Source: an uncultured Deferribacteres bacterium (lineage in GTDB: Bacteria > Zhuqueibacterota > Zhuqueibacteria > Zhuqueibacterales > Geothermadaptataceae). From it: DNA of 64,000 nucleotides. The translations under genes and the position numbers were made by a program. Under the pieces are notes generated by a model. That model saw only the letters and a program-made list of their open reading frames with translations. It did not search any database and was not told the DNA's origin. The stretch's first letter is position 1. Each line of letters begins with the position of its first letter. Location of the stretch: contig CAXHAT010000006.1 in the NCBI GenBank assembly GCA_964014485.1, positions 1 through 64,000 on the forward strand, given 5' to 3'. Positions 45,160-54,667 of this stretch are shown piece by piece.

Positions 45160-46281
45160 TCATGCGCCCCGCTTTTCTTCTCTCGGCTCGGTTCGGAAAG
45201 GCGTCTCGATCCGCACCTCGCAGCCGCCGTTTTCGCCGTTGAGCAATTGGAACTGTTGGTCTTCGCCGTACAAATTCTCCAGACGTTCGATGGTGTTCGA
45301 GAGACCAACACCGTTCCTTGGCGCTGCATCTGAAACGTCAGTGTGAAGCCCGGCTCCGTCATCTTTTACACTCAAGAGAAGCCGCCCGTTTTTTCGCTGT
45401 GCCGAAATTTTGACCGTTACCCGTTTCAAATTTTCCATACCGTGACGGATCGAATTTTCGATGAGCGGCTGCAAAATGAATCCAGGGGTCAGCGCTTCCG
45501 CCGCGTCCTGAGCAATGTTGTGTTCAACCGCAAGCTTTGCTCCAAACCGCGCCTTCATAAGCTTAACGTAAAGGTCGGCCAGTTCCAGTTCTTTTTTTAG
45601 CGAGTGTTCCGTCCATTTTGAATAATTCAAAGTCTTCCGAAGCAATTCGCTCAGGTTCGCCAGCATTTTGTCGGCGGTTTCCACATTTTCGTGCATTGTG
45701 GAAGAAACCATGTTGAGCGTGTTGAACAGAAAATGCGGGTTGATTTGCATTTGCAGCGCTTGCAGCCTCGTTTGGGCAAGCTCTCGTTCAAGCTCAGCGG
45801 CGCGCACTTTTTGTTGGTTCGCTTCACCGCGTTTTGTGATAAAGTAAGCCACGCCGTAGATCAGCCAAAAAACATAGAACTGATGGCTATACTCCATCAA
45901 AAAACGATAAGGCAATTGCCCGTAATTATAAGGCGTTCCGAAGGCCGCTTGGTAAATAATTTGGCGGCTGAAGTACATCAAAAGCGTGTGGCTCGCCCCG
46001 AACCCCGCCGAGGCGATCAAGTAGAGCGGCAAGCGTTGCAGCAAGTTGTTTTTTTTAAGAGGAAATTTCCTGAAAAAATGCAGCAGAAAAGGCAGGATGA
46101 GCATGATGGTATACACGCCCGTCATTTCGTTCACAAAATGATGCGGGTAGTTCGGCGGACGTCCTTCCGCCAACTCACTCGTTGTAAAACGATTGAAATT
46201 CAACAAGCCCAGCAGCGTCAGGAATACAAAAATCGTCAGCCACTGGACTAGTTCGCGCTTTTTAGAAAGCTTCAGGAGCAT
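45160..46281 (-). CDS. LytS/YehU-type sensor histidine kinase
   Basis: QINPHFLFNTLN, LQPLIENSIRHG, DDGAG, GVGLSN; N-terminal TM segments. Confidence 0.93.
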   Translation of the reverse strand: MLLKLSKKRELVQWLTIFVFLTLLGLLNFNRFTTSELAEGRPPNYPHHFVNEMTGVYTIMLILPFLLHFFRKFPLKKNNLLQRLPLYLIASAGFGASHTLLMYFSRQIIYQAAFGTPYNYGQLPYRFLMEYSHQFYVFWLIYGVAYFITKRGEANQQKVRAAELERELAQTRLQALQMQINPHFLFNTLNMVSSTMHENVETADKMLANLSELLRKTLNYSKWTEHSLKKELELADLYVKLMKARFGAKLAVEHNIAQDAAEALTPGFILQPLIENSIRHGMENLKRVTVKISAQRKNGRLLLSVKDDGAGLHTDVSDAAPRNGVGLSNTIERLENLYGEDQQFQLLNGENGGCEVRIETPFRTEPREEKRGA

Positions 46282-46395
46282 CGTTTTGCCGCTAAATTTT
46301 CAACTCATTTCTCCAAAGAAATACGTGCGCAAGAGAAAATGCCAGCACAAAATGCCGCGCTGGCCGAGGGCGCGTCCCGCAATGTTGTTTACTAA

Positions 46396-46676
46396 CTGAT
46401 GTTACGCATCAGCTTCATAATACAGCAACTGTTTATCAACGCCATTCCGCAGAGGCGCACTCCCGTCAACCTAATTTCGGGACGCACAAATTCTCGTTCC
46501 CAATCTCTGGATTGGGAGCGTAATTGCACTCGAAACTCCAGTTTCGAGTGAATACTTTGGCTCGAAACCGGAGTTTCGAGCCCATCTCCATTCCCAAACC
46601 GGAGTTTGGGAACGAGCCGCAATGAGACGCTGTTTTCGATTTGGCTTCAGAAATGCTTTGTTGTGCATAACATCAA
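46396..46676. mobile_element. MITE family B, copy 1 (281 bp)
   Basis: CTGATGTTACGC ... GCATAACATCAA; near-TSD TTACTAA / TTACAAA; carries a CTCGTTCCCAA-type core. Confidence 0.78.
46493..46616. repeat. REP-like compound palindrome (CTCGTTCCCAA...TTTGGGAACGAG)
   Basis: Four related hairpin units arranged as two inverted pairs. Confidence 0.82.
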
Positions 46677-47378
46677 TTACAAAGCTGGTTGCGCTTCTCC
46701 AAGCCTGATTTTTTGGAATTGCGACAAGTGTCTCCCGCGCTCCGGATAAATCGCTGGGAAGTCGGCTTCTTGATTGGCGTAGTGAATAAAACGGGCGACT
46801 TTGAAGCCTAAAATCGATTTTGCTTCGATTTGAAAATGATCCAAAGGGATGACCATTTCGGCCCCAAATCCATCCTTCGCGGACTTGGCTGCGCCGCGCC
46901 AAACAAAATTCGGCGCCGGATCAGGCTCGCCGTCGGCGTCAAGAACGCCGTCGCCCATGACGCCGTCTGGCGTTAAAAGAAAAAATCGCGCCGATTGTTC
47001 CAAATTGTCGGCGTCCAGACAAAAGGCGACCCAATCGCTTTGCCCGGGATTGTCGCGTTCCGCTTTTTCATCAATGTGAATCCTGGCGTTATCGCGCAAA
47101 AAGCACTTTATACCCACATAAATGTTTTCGCTGTCGTTGAGAAGATATGCCGTCGTCTTTTCAATCGGCTTCAATCCAGCGGTCGGCGTGATTGTCTTAA
47201 ATTCCGAAAAAACGGCGGCACTTTCCCAAGCTTCGTCAGTCAATTCGCCGTCGATTCTCAAAGCTGAATCAGCAAACGGCAGCGTCACGGAAGGCTTGTT
47301 TGCGGCAGCCGAGACATACACCATTGCAGCAATGAAAAAGAGCGGCGGCAGACAGAAGAAATATTTACGGATCTTCAT
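46677..47378 (-). CDS. Secreted CBM9-like sugar-binding domain protein
   Basis: IDGELTDEAW, ENIYVGIKC, FGAEMVIP; signal peptide. Confidence 0.75.
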   Translation of the reverse strand: MKIRKYFFCLPPLFFIAAMVYVSAAANKPSVTLPFADSALRIDGELTDEAWESAAVFSEFKTITPTAGLKPIEKTTAYLLNDSENIYVGIKCFLRDNARIHIDEKAERDNPGQSDWVAFCLDADNLEQSARFFLLTPDGVMGDGVLDADGEPDPAPNFVWRGAAKSAKDGFGAEMVIPLDHFQIEAKSILGFKVARFIHYANQEADFPAIYPERGRHLSQFQKIRLGEAQPAL

Positions 47379-47380
47379 TT

Positions 47381-48571
47381 TCACCCTCTTTCAACCGTTG
47401 AAAATGCAGTTTCAGGCATTTCGATCTGCTGTTTTGCTTTTGCGCTTTTTTTCGCTTTGAGTCCAAACAACAGACGCATAAAATTGTGGCGCTTAATGAG
47501 CCCTTCATAAATCGTCCACGATCCGAAAAACGTGCCCGTCGCGACAATCAAAAATTTCACGCCTACACTCGCCGACCAATTTATGAGATAAAATCCAAGC
47601 ACGACTGTGACGGTCTGGTGCAAAATATAGAACGGGTAGACCGCTTCGTTCGCATATTTTAACGCCGGGGCGTTCCTGTTCAAATGGCGATGCGCAAAGC
47701 CCAAAATCGTCAAAAGCCAGCACCACATGTTCAGGTTGATCGTTGTCCTGTAAAGCGCGTCCGAGCCTGGGAACGGTTCAATTCCGATGTACCAGACGTA
47801 GTAGAGAAAAGCGGCGGTTGAAGAGCCGAAAGCGAGCGCGCGAAAACGAAATTTTTCAATCGTTTCCCAAATCGGACGGTGAGAAGCGAGGAAAAAGCCA
47901 AAGCAAAAGATCATTAAGGTTTTGGAGAATTGCGCCCAATCATCGATGAGATTGTTCATGTTGTTCGGCCAATACGGACGCAGGATAATTTCGCTCAAAA
48001 CGATTGGGACGACCCACACGAACAGCCCCATCGGCGAGTTGACGCGGGCCATGAAACGGGAAAGTTTTTTATTTCCGGAAACACTTTTAAAATACTTGAA
48101 CATCGGTATGGCGGCCAACGCAAAAATAAAAATGTATGGCAAGTACCACAGGTGGTGCCAGCTAAAATTTCCATGCGGATAAGGGACGAATTCGAGCACG
48201 GATTGGTAGAAGGCGAAAAATGAAGCGAACGATTCGCCTTGAAAAAGACGTTCATAGTAAACTTGCGGCGGGATAATAAAAAACATGCCGAAAACCAGCG
48301 GCAATAGAATGCGCTTATTTCTGAGCCGGATCAATTCTCGCGCCGAATAACGATCCAGCGCAAACCAGATTGCCGCGCCGGAAATGAGAAAAAGCAAGGG
48401 CATGCGCCATTGGCTGAGAAATATCATGACATACTCAAAAATCTCGCTGGTTTGATTGTTTTTGATGTGCCATCCCCAAGTGTTAAACATCATCCCGGTG
48501 TGAAACAAAATAAGCAGAGAAAAAGCCAGCACGCGGAGCCAATCCAGATCATAACGTCGTTCAGATTTCAT
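47381..48571 (-). CDS. Acyltransferase 3 family (OpgC/MdoC-like) membrane protein
   Basis: RRYDLDWLR, WRMPLLFLISG, HHLWYL, YPFYILHQ. Confidence 0.9.
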   Translation of the reverse strand: MKSERRYDLDWLRVLAFSLLILFHTGMMFNTWGWHIKNNQTSEIFEYVMIFLSQWRMPLLFLISGAAIWFALDRYSARELIRLRNKRILLPLVFGMFFIIPPQVYYERLFQGESFASFFAFYQSVLEFVPYPHGNFSWHHLWYLPYIFIFALAAIPMFKYFKSVSGNKKLSRFMARVNSPMGLFVWVVPIVLSEIILRPYWPNNMNNLIDDWAQFSKTLMIFCFGFFLASHRPIWETIEKFRFRALAFGSSTAAFLYYVWYIGIEPFPGSDALYRTTINLNMWCWLLTILGFAHRHLNRNAPALKYANEAVYPFYILHQTVTVVLGFYLINWSASVGVKFLIVATGTFFGSWTIYEGLIKRHNFMRLLFGLKAKKSAKAKQQIEMPETAFSTVERG

Positions 48572-48897
48572 TCGTAACGCCTCATTTGGTTTGTTGGGCC
48601 GTCGAAGTTTCAAATTGACGGGAGACGATACCGTGTTTTCCGCAGTTAGGATTCGAAATTGGCGTGAACGGGATTTTGACGGTAATAAGCGGGAAGAAAA
48701 TCTTCTTGCTTCGCTGCCGGTCGTGGGATATATTGGCCTCCCGTAAAAAAGCTTTGACGGCTTGAGCGGTTTGAGCAGGAAGTTCAGACACGAAAAATTT
48801 ATCCGCTAGTTTTTACGAACTTCCTACAAATCGATTTTGGCGTCAGGGCTTTTTTTGCTTATGGGCAGGATGAGGCCGCACTCAATTGCGAGGTAAA

Positions 48898-50178
48898 ATG
48901 ACAGATTTTAGCAAAATGGATTTTTTCAAATTGAAGGGCGCGATCCAGCACTATGATTGGGGCGGTACGCGCTTCATCCCGTCGCTGTTGAGTCGTTCAA
49001 ACGACGAAAACAAGCCATTCGCGGAACTTTGGATTGGCGCGCACAACCGAGGCTCCGCCTACGTTGAAACCGATGAAGGACAAGTCGGGCTCGACGTTCT
49101 TATCGCTCAAAATCCCGAAGAATTTCTGGGGAAAAACATTGCGCAAGCGTTCGGGGGGCAATTCCCGTTTTTATTGAAAGTGCTTGACGCTCAAAAAATG
49201 CTTTCGATTCAGGTGCATCCTTCGATGGAGCAAGCGCGCGCGGGCTTTGCGGCTGAAGAAGCGCGCAAAGTGCCGATTGACGCGCCCGAACGCAATTACA
49301 AAGATCGCAATCACAAACCCGAAGTTCACATGGCGCTGACCGAGTTTTGGATGTTGCACGGTTTTCGCCCTGCAGAAGAAATTGCCGAATTGCTATTGAA
49401 AAACCAGGCTTTTCAACCGCTTGCGGAAGCGCTCTCTTCTCATTTGGAAAAAAGCGATTTCGAGAAAAACGACGGCTCCGAATTCTTACGCGCGCTCTAT
49501 CAACATGTGATGGAATTGCCGCAGGAAAAAGTCGACGCCATACTTCGTCCAATGATGAGCGTTTTGACGCCCAAATACGCGCGAAATGAGCTTGAAAAGA
49601 AATCGCCGGAATTTTGGGCCGCTCGGGCGGCGTCAGACTTTCCGCGAAAAAGCGGCTCTTTTGATCGCGGCGTATTTTCCATCTATTTTCTCAACTTGCT
49701 GCGCCTCCGGCCTGGGGAAGGGACTTTTCAGCCTGCCGGCACCTTACACGCCTACCTTGAAGGGACAAATATTGAGCTTATGTCAAATTCCGACAACGTT
49801 CTCCGAGGCGGCTTGACGCGTAAACACATCGACGTGCCGGAATTGTTGAAAACGATTTCTTTTGAAGGCGGGAAACCCCGGATTATTACCGGAACCGAAG
49901 TCTCGATGAACGAGGCGATTTATGAAACGCCGATCAAAGATTTTCAATTAAGCAGGATAAAACTTTCTTTCTCTTGCCCCTTCCAAATCAATGAAAATCG
50001 CGGGCCCGACGCCTTGATTGTGCTCGATGGGAAAGCTCGCGTATCGGTCGGCGAGAAAAGCCTCAACCTGCGCAAGGGCGACGTGCTTTTTATCAAAGCC
50101 GGGAAACCTTACGCTATGCACACCGATATTTCCGCCACAATTTGCCGAGCCACAGCGCCGCTTCACACTACATCTTAA
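48898..50178 (+). CDS. manA: Mannose-6-phosphate isomerase class I
   Basis: YDWG, AELWIGAH, LSIQVHP, YKDRNHKPE, HAYLEG, NSDNVLRGGLT. Confidence 0.96.
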   Translation: MTDFSKMDFFKLKGAIQHYDWGGTRFIPSLLSRSNDENKPFAELWIGAHNRGSAYVETDEGQVGLDVLIAQNPEEFLGKNIAQAFGGQFPFLLKVLDAQKMLSIQVHPSMEQARAGFAAEEARKVPIDAPERNYKDRNHKPEVHMALTEFWMLHGFRPAEEIAELLLKNQAFQPLAEALSSHLEKSDFEKNDGSEFLRALYQHVMELPQEKVDAILRPMMSVLTPKYARNELEKKSPEFWAARAASDFPRKSGSFDRGVFSIYFLNLLRLRPGEGTFQPAGTLHAYLEGTNIELMSNSDNVLRGGLTRKHIDVPELLKTISFEGGKPRIITGTEVSMNEAIYETPIKDFQLSRIKLSFSCPFQINENRGPDALIVLDGKARVSVGEKSLNLRKGDVLFIKAGKPYAMHTDISATICRATAPLHTTS

Positions 50179-50421
50179 CTCATGCCTATGCATGCGCCGT
50201 TTGGCGCGCGTGATCAAAGCTTGCAGACAACTTCTGGTTCTCATTAGCTCCGTTCTTTAGAACGAAGATTTGTGAAGATGACTGCCCCGTCTCCTCCGTC
50301 GCGCCAGCGCGGGGGAGGAGATGAGAATAGGCGTTTTGTGCATCACCGGGCTGAAGCGCCGCGCTAATGAGACGAAGTTCACTTCAAGACTCAGGGTGTG
50401 CATTGCGGCACGTAATATCGG
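50179..50421. mobile_element. MITE family B, copy 2 (degenerate)
   Basis: Both ends align with the reverse complement of 53764-54057; inner TCTCATTAGC...GCTAATGAGA; starts right after the manA TAA. Confidence 0.65.
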
Positions 50422-50779
50422 TATTACCCACCAATATTTTCAAACCTAATTTCGGTTATGTAAGACCGTCAGGCGTTTACAAAACAGTACCTTACCGCCA
50501 TTCATCGATTCATTTCGGTTGATCTCCAAGATGATTCCATAAAAAGGACGCTTGGAGATTACTGAATTGTAAGACCACGCTCAAATTTTTCCTTTTTTCG
50601 CCGAATTGTGACAGCGCTGTTGCAAACGTGTCCTGCCTATAATCTCACTTTGAAATGTAATGCTCATAAAAAACAATATCTTAGAAGTTGAAGTGCGCTT
50701 TCTGCGGCCGTCCGGCGTCCGATTTGCCAAAAGCGCGACCGAATTGCTGCGTACTAAAAACACCTGGAGGAAGCCATCC

Positions 50780-51436
50780 ATGCAATTCTTGAAAAAACTT
50801 AAGCTTTGTGTAAAGAATACAACGCTGTCCATGTTGCTTTTGCCGAACATCACGGCAGTCGTTTCATGGAATGCAAACAACGAAGCGGATCTGGCCGGAT
50901 ATAAAATTTATTACGGCACGGAAAGTAAAAATTACAATATCGACACGCTCACCGTTGGGAAGGACGCTACGTCTCACGAAATCTCCGGGCTTTTTGAAAG
51001 CACGGCGTATTTCTTTGCCGTAACGGCATTTGACACGGCGGGGAACGAGAGCCTTTTTTCTGAAGAAGTGAGTTTTTTTTACCAGCCGCCTGTTGACACC
51101 AGCGCCACGGATTCAACGGACGTCGAAACGCCTCCCGTGATTGCAGCCGGATTGAACGGTTACAATTTTCCAAACCCGTTTAAGCCCGAGCAAGAACCCA
51201 CGCGGATTCGCTACGTTCTCGCCGAAGCTTCGGAAGTGTCGATTGACGTTTTTGACCTGAATAATGAACTTGTTCGCACAATCCAAAGCAGAGCTTTAAA
51301 AGCGGCGGGAGAGCACACGGAAGACGTCTGGGACGGGCGTGATGAGAGCGGCTTGATGGTTTCAAACGGCGTTTATTACTGCCGAATCCGCACCGCGTCG
51401 GAAAGTCAGTTTATCAAAATCGCCGTTTCAAATTAG
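50780..51436 (+). CDS. Fibronectin type III domain protein with T9SS/FlgD C-terminal domain
   Basis: VSWNANNEADLAGYKIYYG...FAVTAFDTAGNES; NFPNPF...WDGRD...NGVYYC; GGAGG RBS. Confidence 0.82.
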   Translation: MQFLKKLKLCVKNTTLSMLLLPNITAVVSWNANNEADLAGYKIYYGTESKNYNIDTLTVGKDATSHEISGLFESTAYFFAVTAFDTAGNESLFSEEVSFFYQPPVDTSATDSTDVETPPVIAAGLNGYNFPNPFKPEQEPTRIRYVLAEASEVSIDVFDLNNELVRTIQSRALKAAGEHTEDVWDGRDESGLMVSNGVYYCRIRTASESQFIKIAVSN

Positions 51437-51474
51437 GTTTGGAAAAATTGATTCAACAGGAGAGGACTTCAAGG

Positions 51475-52692
51475 ATGAAATCAAGAATATTTTGGGTTTT
51501 CGCATCACTTCTCGGCCTCGCAAATTCAGCGTTTGCTCAAACCAGTGCAGGTCTGCCAGGCGGCTTTTTGAGAACCGGCGCCGGGACGCGCGCATTGGCG
51601 ATGGGCGGAGCGTTCAGCGCAGTTGCAAATGACCCGTCGGCAGGGTATTGGAATCCGGCGGGGCTGACCCAACTTCCTTCGTTTCAATTTTCAGCTTCAT
51701 ATGCGCAAATGTCATTGGACAGGACGTTCAATTTCGTCAGCGCCGCTTCGCCGTTGGGCGCCAAAACCGCGCTTGGCGTTTCATGGATCGGGTTCGGCGT
51801 GCAAGATGTTGAAGGGAGAGACGGCAATACGGAAACGCCGGATTTCCTTTTTTCCAATCAAAACAACGCGTTGCTTCTTTCGGTCTCCCGAAAAATCAAT
51901 TCTTTCCTATCCGCCGGAGTCAGCACAAAGCTGATTTTGCAAAAACTCAATGAGCAGACGTCTTTTGGAACCGGCTTCGACGTTTCTCTGCTCACGCGCC
52001 CGACCGAGCGCATTCAGGTCGGTTTTTCCGTGCAGGATATCGCGGCTTCAGCCAAATGGTCAAGCGAGTTCAACGAAAACTATCCGCTCACGCTTCGCGG
52101 CGGCGTTGCTTTCAACATTGGCAACCAGGTTCTATTGGCGGCGGACGTTTTCAAAACCGGGCAGGCGGATCCAGAGTTGGCTTTCGGGGCGGAATTTTCG
52201 GCGGCGCAGAAATTCCCGATTCGCGTCGGCTACAGCGCACAAGGCGTGGTCGGCGGCGCCGGCGTGGCCCTGCCGATGGAATCTGTCGATTTAGCGTTTG
52301 ATTACGCTTTCGGCAAAGACGCGCTGGACGGCGGACAGACGCATCGCTTTTCGCTCGGAATTGCATTGGCCAAACCCAAATCTAGTCGTTCGGAAATTTC
52401 AGGCGCGGACATTGGGAAATCGACTGATTTGACGGACGTTTACACAAATCCAAAGCGTATGAAAAAGGCGCGTCGCCAAACGAACGACGTTTGGCTGGAG
52501 GTGCAGGCGCGCGGCCTCAATGTCAGAACCGGAGCGGGGGTCAAACACAAAAAAATTGCTATTATTCGGCAAGGCCAGCGCTTCAAAAAGGTGGGCATGA
52601 AAGGTTACTGGTACAAAATCCAGTTGGAAAACGGCAAGCGCGGCTGGGTGCACCACAAGTATATGAAAGAAGTTGAAGACGCGAATCTTTAG
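51475..52692 (+). CDS. PorV/PorQ-family outer-membrane beta-barrel fused to a C-terminal bacterial SH3 domain
   Basis: GAGTRALAMGGAF...YWNPAGL; THRFSLG; LNVRTGAG...WYKIQLENGKRGWVH. Confidence 0.85.
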   Translation: MKSRIFWVFASLLGLANSAFAQTSAGLPGGFLRTGAGTRALAMGGAFSAVANDPSAGYWNPAGLTQLPSFQFSASYAQMSLDRTFNFVSAASPLGAKTALGVSWIGFGVQDVEGRDGNTETPDFLFSNQNNALLLSVSRKINSFLSAGVSTKLILQKLNEQTSFGTGFDVSLLTRPTERIQVGFSVQDIAASAKWSSEFNENYPLTLRGGVAFNIGNQVLLAADVFKTGQADPELAFGAEFSAAQKFPIRVGYSAQGVVGGAGVALPMESVDLAFDYAFGKDALDGGQTHRFSLGIALAKPKSSRSEISGADIGKSTDLTDVYTNPKRMKKARRQTNDVWLEVQARGLNVRTGAGVKHKKIAIIRQGQRFKKVGMKGYWYKIQLENGKRGWVHHKYMKEVEDANL

Positions 52693-52755
52693 GGATATTG
52701 CAGGCGCTGCAAGCAAAGAATCGTTTGCAGCGTCTGTCTTGTTTTAAGCGTTCAG

Positions 52756-52963
52756 TTCACTACCTGACCTTTTTCTACAGGCTTCCAAAGCTGGCTGACG
52801 AAAGAGGCCGGAATTGTCATGCTGAAAGCATCTTTTTTGATCCAACCCTTGAACTTTTGGGCATGATCTGTACCGGGCGATAATAAAGATTCCTTCTGAA
52901 TGACAAAACCGGACCTTTCAATGGCTCGAGAAGGCGGTTTACAAAAAAGTGTCAGGTAGAGAG
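52756..52963. mobile_element. MITE family A, copy 2 (208 bp, 9-bp TSD)
   Basis: TTCACTACCTGAC ... GTGTCAGGTAGAGAG; perfect TSD AGCGTTCAG (52747-52755, 52964-52972). Confidence 0.92.
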
Positions 52964-53263
52964 AGCGTTCAGACGAGATTCCACAAAATCCAACAATTCA
53001 CGCGCAAGTTTTTCATTAAAAACGTTGTGATCGTTCTCGGAATTGCAGCAATGCACGCCGACCCATGAACCATCGAAGTAAAACTCAAGGCTGGGGCGGT
53101 GCTTTTCATGCGAACGACGAACACGCTCGAACCCCGGAAATCCGCGATTCCGCGCCCAGACAGTCGTGACGCTGTCGCTCCAATCACCCTCCAGACTCAC
53201 ATCTATGCGCTTGATCCCGTCAAGCGAGATCGAATTCAATAGATTGTAAACATTTGGTTTCAT
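52952..53263 (-). CDS. Hypothetical protein; stop codon now supplied by MITE A2
   Basis: 103-aa ORF; removing the MITE and one TSD copy restores ...CTG AAC GCT TAA. Confidence 0.55.
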   Translation of the reverse strand: MKPNVYNLLNSISLDGIKRIDVSLEGDWSDSVTTVWARNRGFPGFERVRRSHEKHRPSLEFYFDGSWVGVHCCNSENDHNVFNEKLARELLDFVESRLNALST

Positions 53264-53377
53264 TGATTTGTTGGCCTTGAGCTTTCCGATGAGCCGATGA
53301 CGCCAAAATCGCCCAGGCGCTACTCCGAAATTTTAAAACCTTCACATCCCCGATCAATTTTTTGATATTCGCGCTCA

Positions 53378-53518
53378 GAGCGTATTTGGAAAGTCCTAAA
53401 TTGTCATACTGTAAGCATCTTTTTTAGACTTTTCCACAACAACTGTCGGAACGTTCATGCCTGGCGACCCAAAAAGATTCCTATGGAATGACAAGACAAG
53501 GACTTTCCAAATACGCTC
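53378..53518. mobile_element. MITE family D (141 bp), IS5/IS1031-like ends
   Basis: Perfect 20-bp TIR GAGCGTATTTGGAAAGTCCT; 3-bp TSD TCA; interior has the same core ends as family A. Confidence 0.88.
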
Positions 53519-53597
53519 TCAAATTCGGTTCGAAACGATTGGTAGCCTAATAAACCTTTTCATAGCGAAATATTTTGAGCAAATCAGCGATAGAACG

Positions 53598-53645
53598 GCA
53601 AGGCAAGCATCGCACTCCACTTTCTGTATCGGCGCGTAACATCAG
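53598..53645. repeat. GGAGTGC-family REP unit followed by a solo family-B right end
   Basis: GCAAGGCAAGCATCGCACTCC (53598-53618) and GCGTAACATCAG ending at 53645. Confidence 0.6.
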
Positions 53646-53680
53646 CGATTAACAAAAAAGCCGGCGGCAGACTTTCGGAG

Positions 53681-54186
53681 TTCACTATCTGACACTTTTT
53701 GAGAATTACCTTTTAGAGCTAGCGAGAAAGCCCCGAATTGTCATTCTGAAAGAATCTTTGTAACTGACGTTACGCGCGGCAACGCACATCCTGAGTCTCG
53801 AGACAAAAGCCGTCTCATTAGCCGCGCGCTCTTCTTTTCCTCTCGCCGAGTTAACTCGGCGGGAGGGCAAGGGGGATGAATTTACACTCATACCTACGCG
53901 CTGAAGCGCGCAGCTAATAAGAATCTCATCGCATCATCTACTTTCCCCGTGAATTTTGAATTCGCCAACAGTATCCTGAAGAGCGGAGCTAATGAGAATT
54001 AGAAAATTTCCCTCGGATTCCGATCGCGCGTGTCAAACGATGCGTGCGTAACATCAGTTTGTAATCGTCCAGTACAGATCATGCTCAAAAGTTCAAGGGT
54101 CGGATCAAAAAAGATGCTTCCACCATGACAATTCTGGATTTTTTGAGACGCTCGAAAAGTTGTTATAAAAAGTGTCAGGTAGTGAA
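53681..54186. mobile_element. MITE family A, copy 3, interrupted by a family-B element
   Basis: TTCACTATCTGACACTTTT ... AAAAGTGTCAGGTAGTGAA; 205 bp once the insert and one TSD copy are removed. Confidence 0.9.
53764..54057. mobile_element. MITE family B, copy 3 (294 bp), nested in A3
   Basis: CTGACGTTACGC ... GCGTAACATCAG; perfect 7-bp TSD TTTGTAA (53757-53763, 54058-54064). Confidence 0.92.
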
Positions 54187-54219
54187 ATTGGGGAGCCATC
54201 CGAAAACCTCGGGTAGACT

Positions 54220-54489
54220 CTATTTATTTTCGGCGGGGCCTGGCTCAACGTTTTCTTGCCACGGCGGATTGTTCCAGAAGTCTTTGGTTTTTTGCCACAT
54301 GAAGGAAAACGTTTGCGTCTCTACGCCGACCTGATAGAACGTATAGGCGGCCATAAGAATAACAACGCCCCAGCGCCAGGAGTAAGGATTGTTGTATTTT
54401 TTGAAAAGCTCGTGGGCGGAGCGCAGAAGAATATAAAAGGCAAGCAGTGCGAGAAAGGAGTAGAAATAAAATCCAACTTCCGGGTCCAT
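54220..54489 (-). CDS. Small hypothetical membrane protein
   Basis: 89 aa with two hydrophobic helices. Confidence 0.5.
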   Translation of the reverse strand: MDPEVGFYFYSFLALLAFYILLRSAHELFKKYNNPYSWRWGVVILMAAYTFYQVGVETQTFSFMWQKTKDFWNNPPWQENVEPGPAENK

Positions 54490-54667
54490 AATTCGCCCAA
54501 CAATATTTCGTAAATTCTATCTGGCGGGTGTGATGAAGTAGCATTATCTCGGCTGAAATGCAACTGAAATGTCGCTATAGTTCACAGCGGTTGGGGCAAG
54601 GCGTGATTTGCGAAATATTTGGAGAACGGTTGATTTCTTACAAAAATACCGTTCTCCCTGGCGACGG

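Noticed and set aside
46493..46616. CRISPR array
   Set aside because: Units are inverted and degenerate, with no regular unique spacers and no cas genes; the same applies to 10022-10233.
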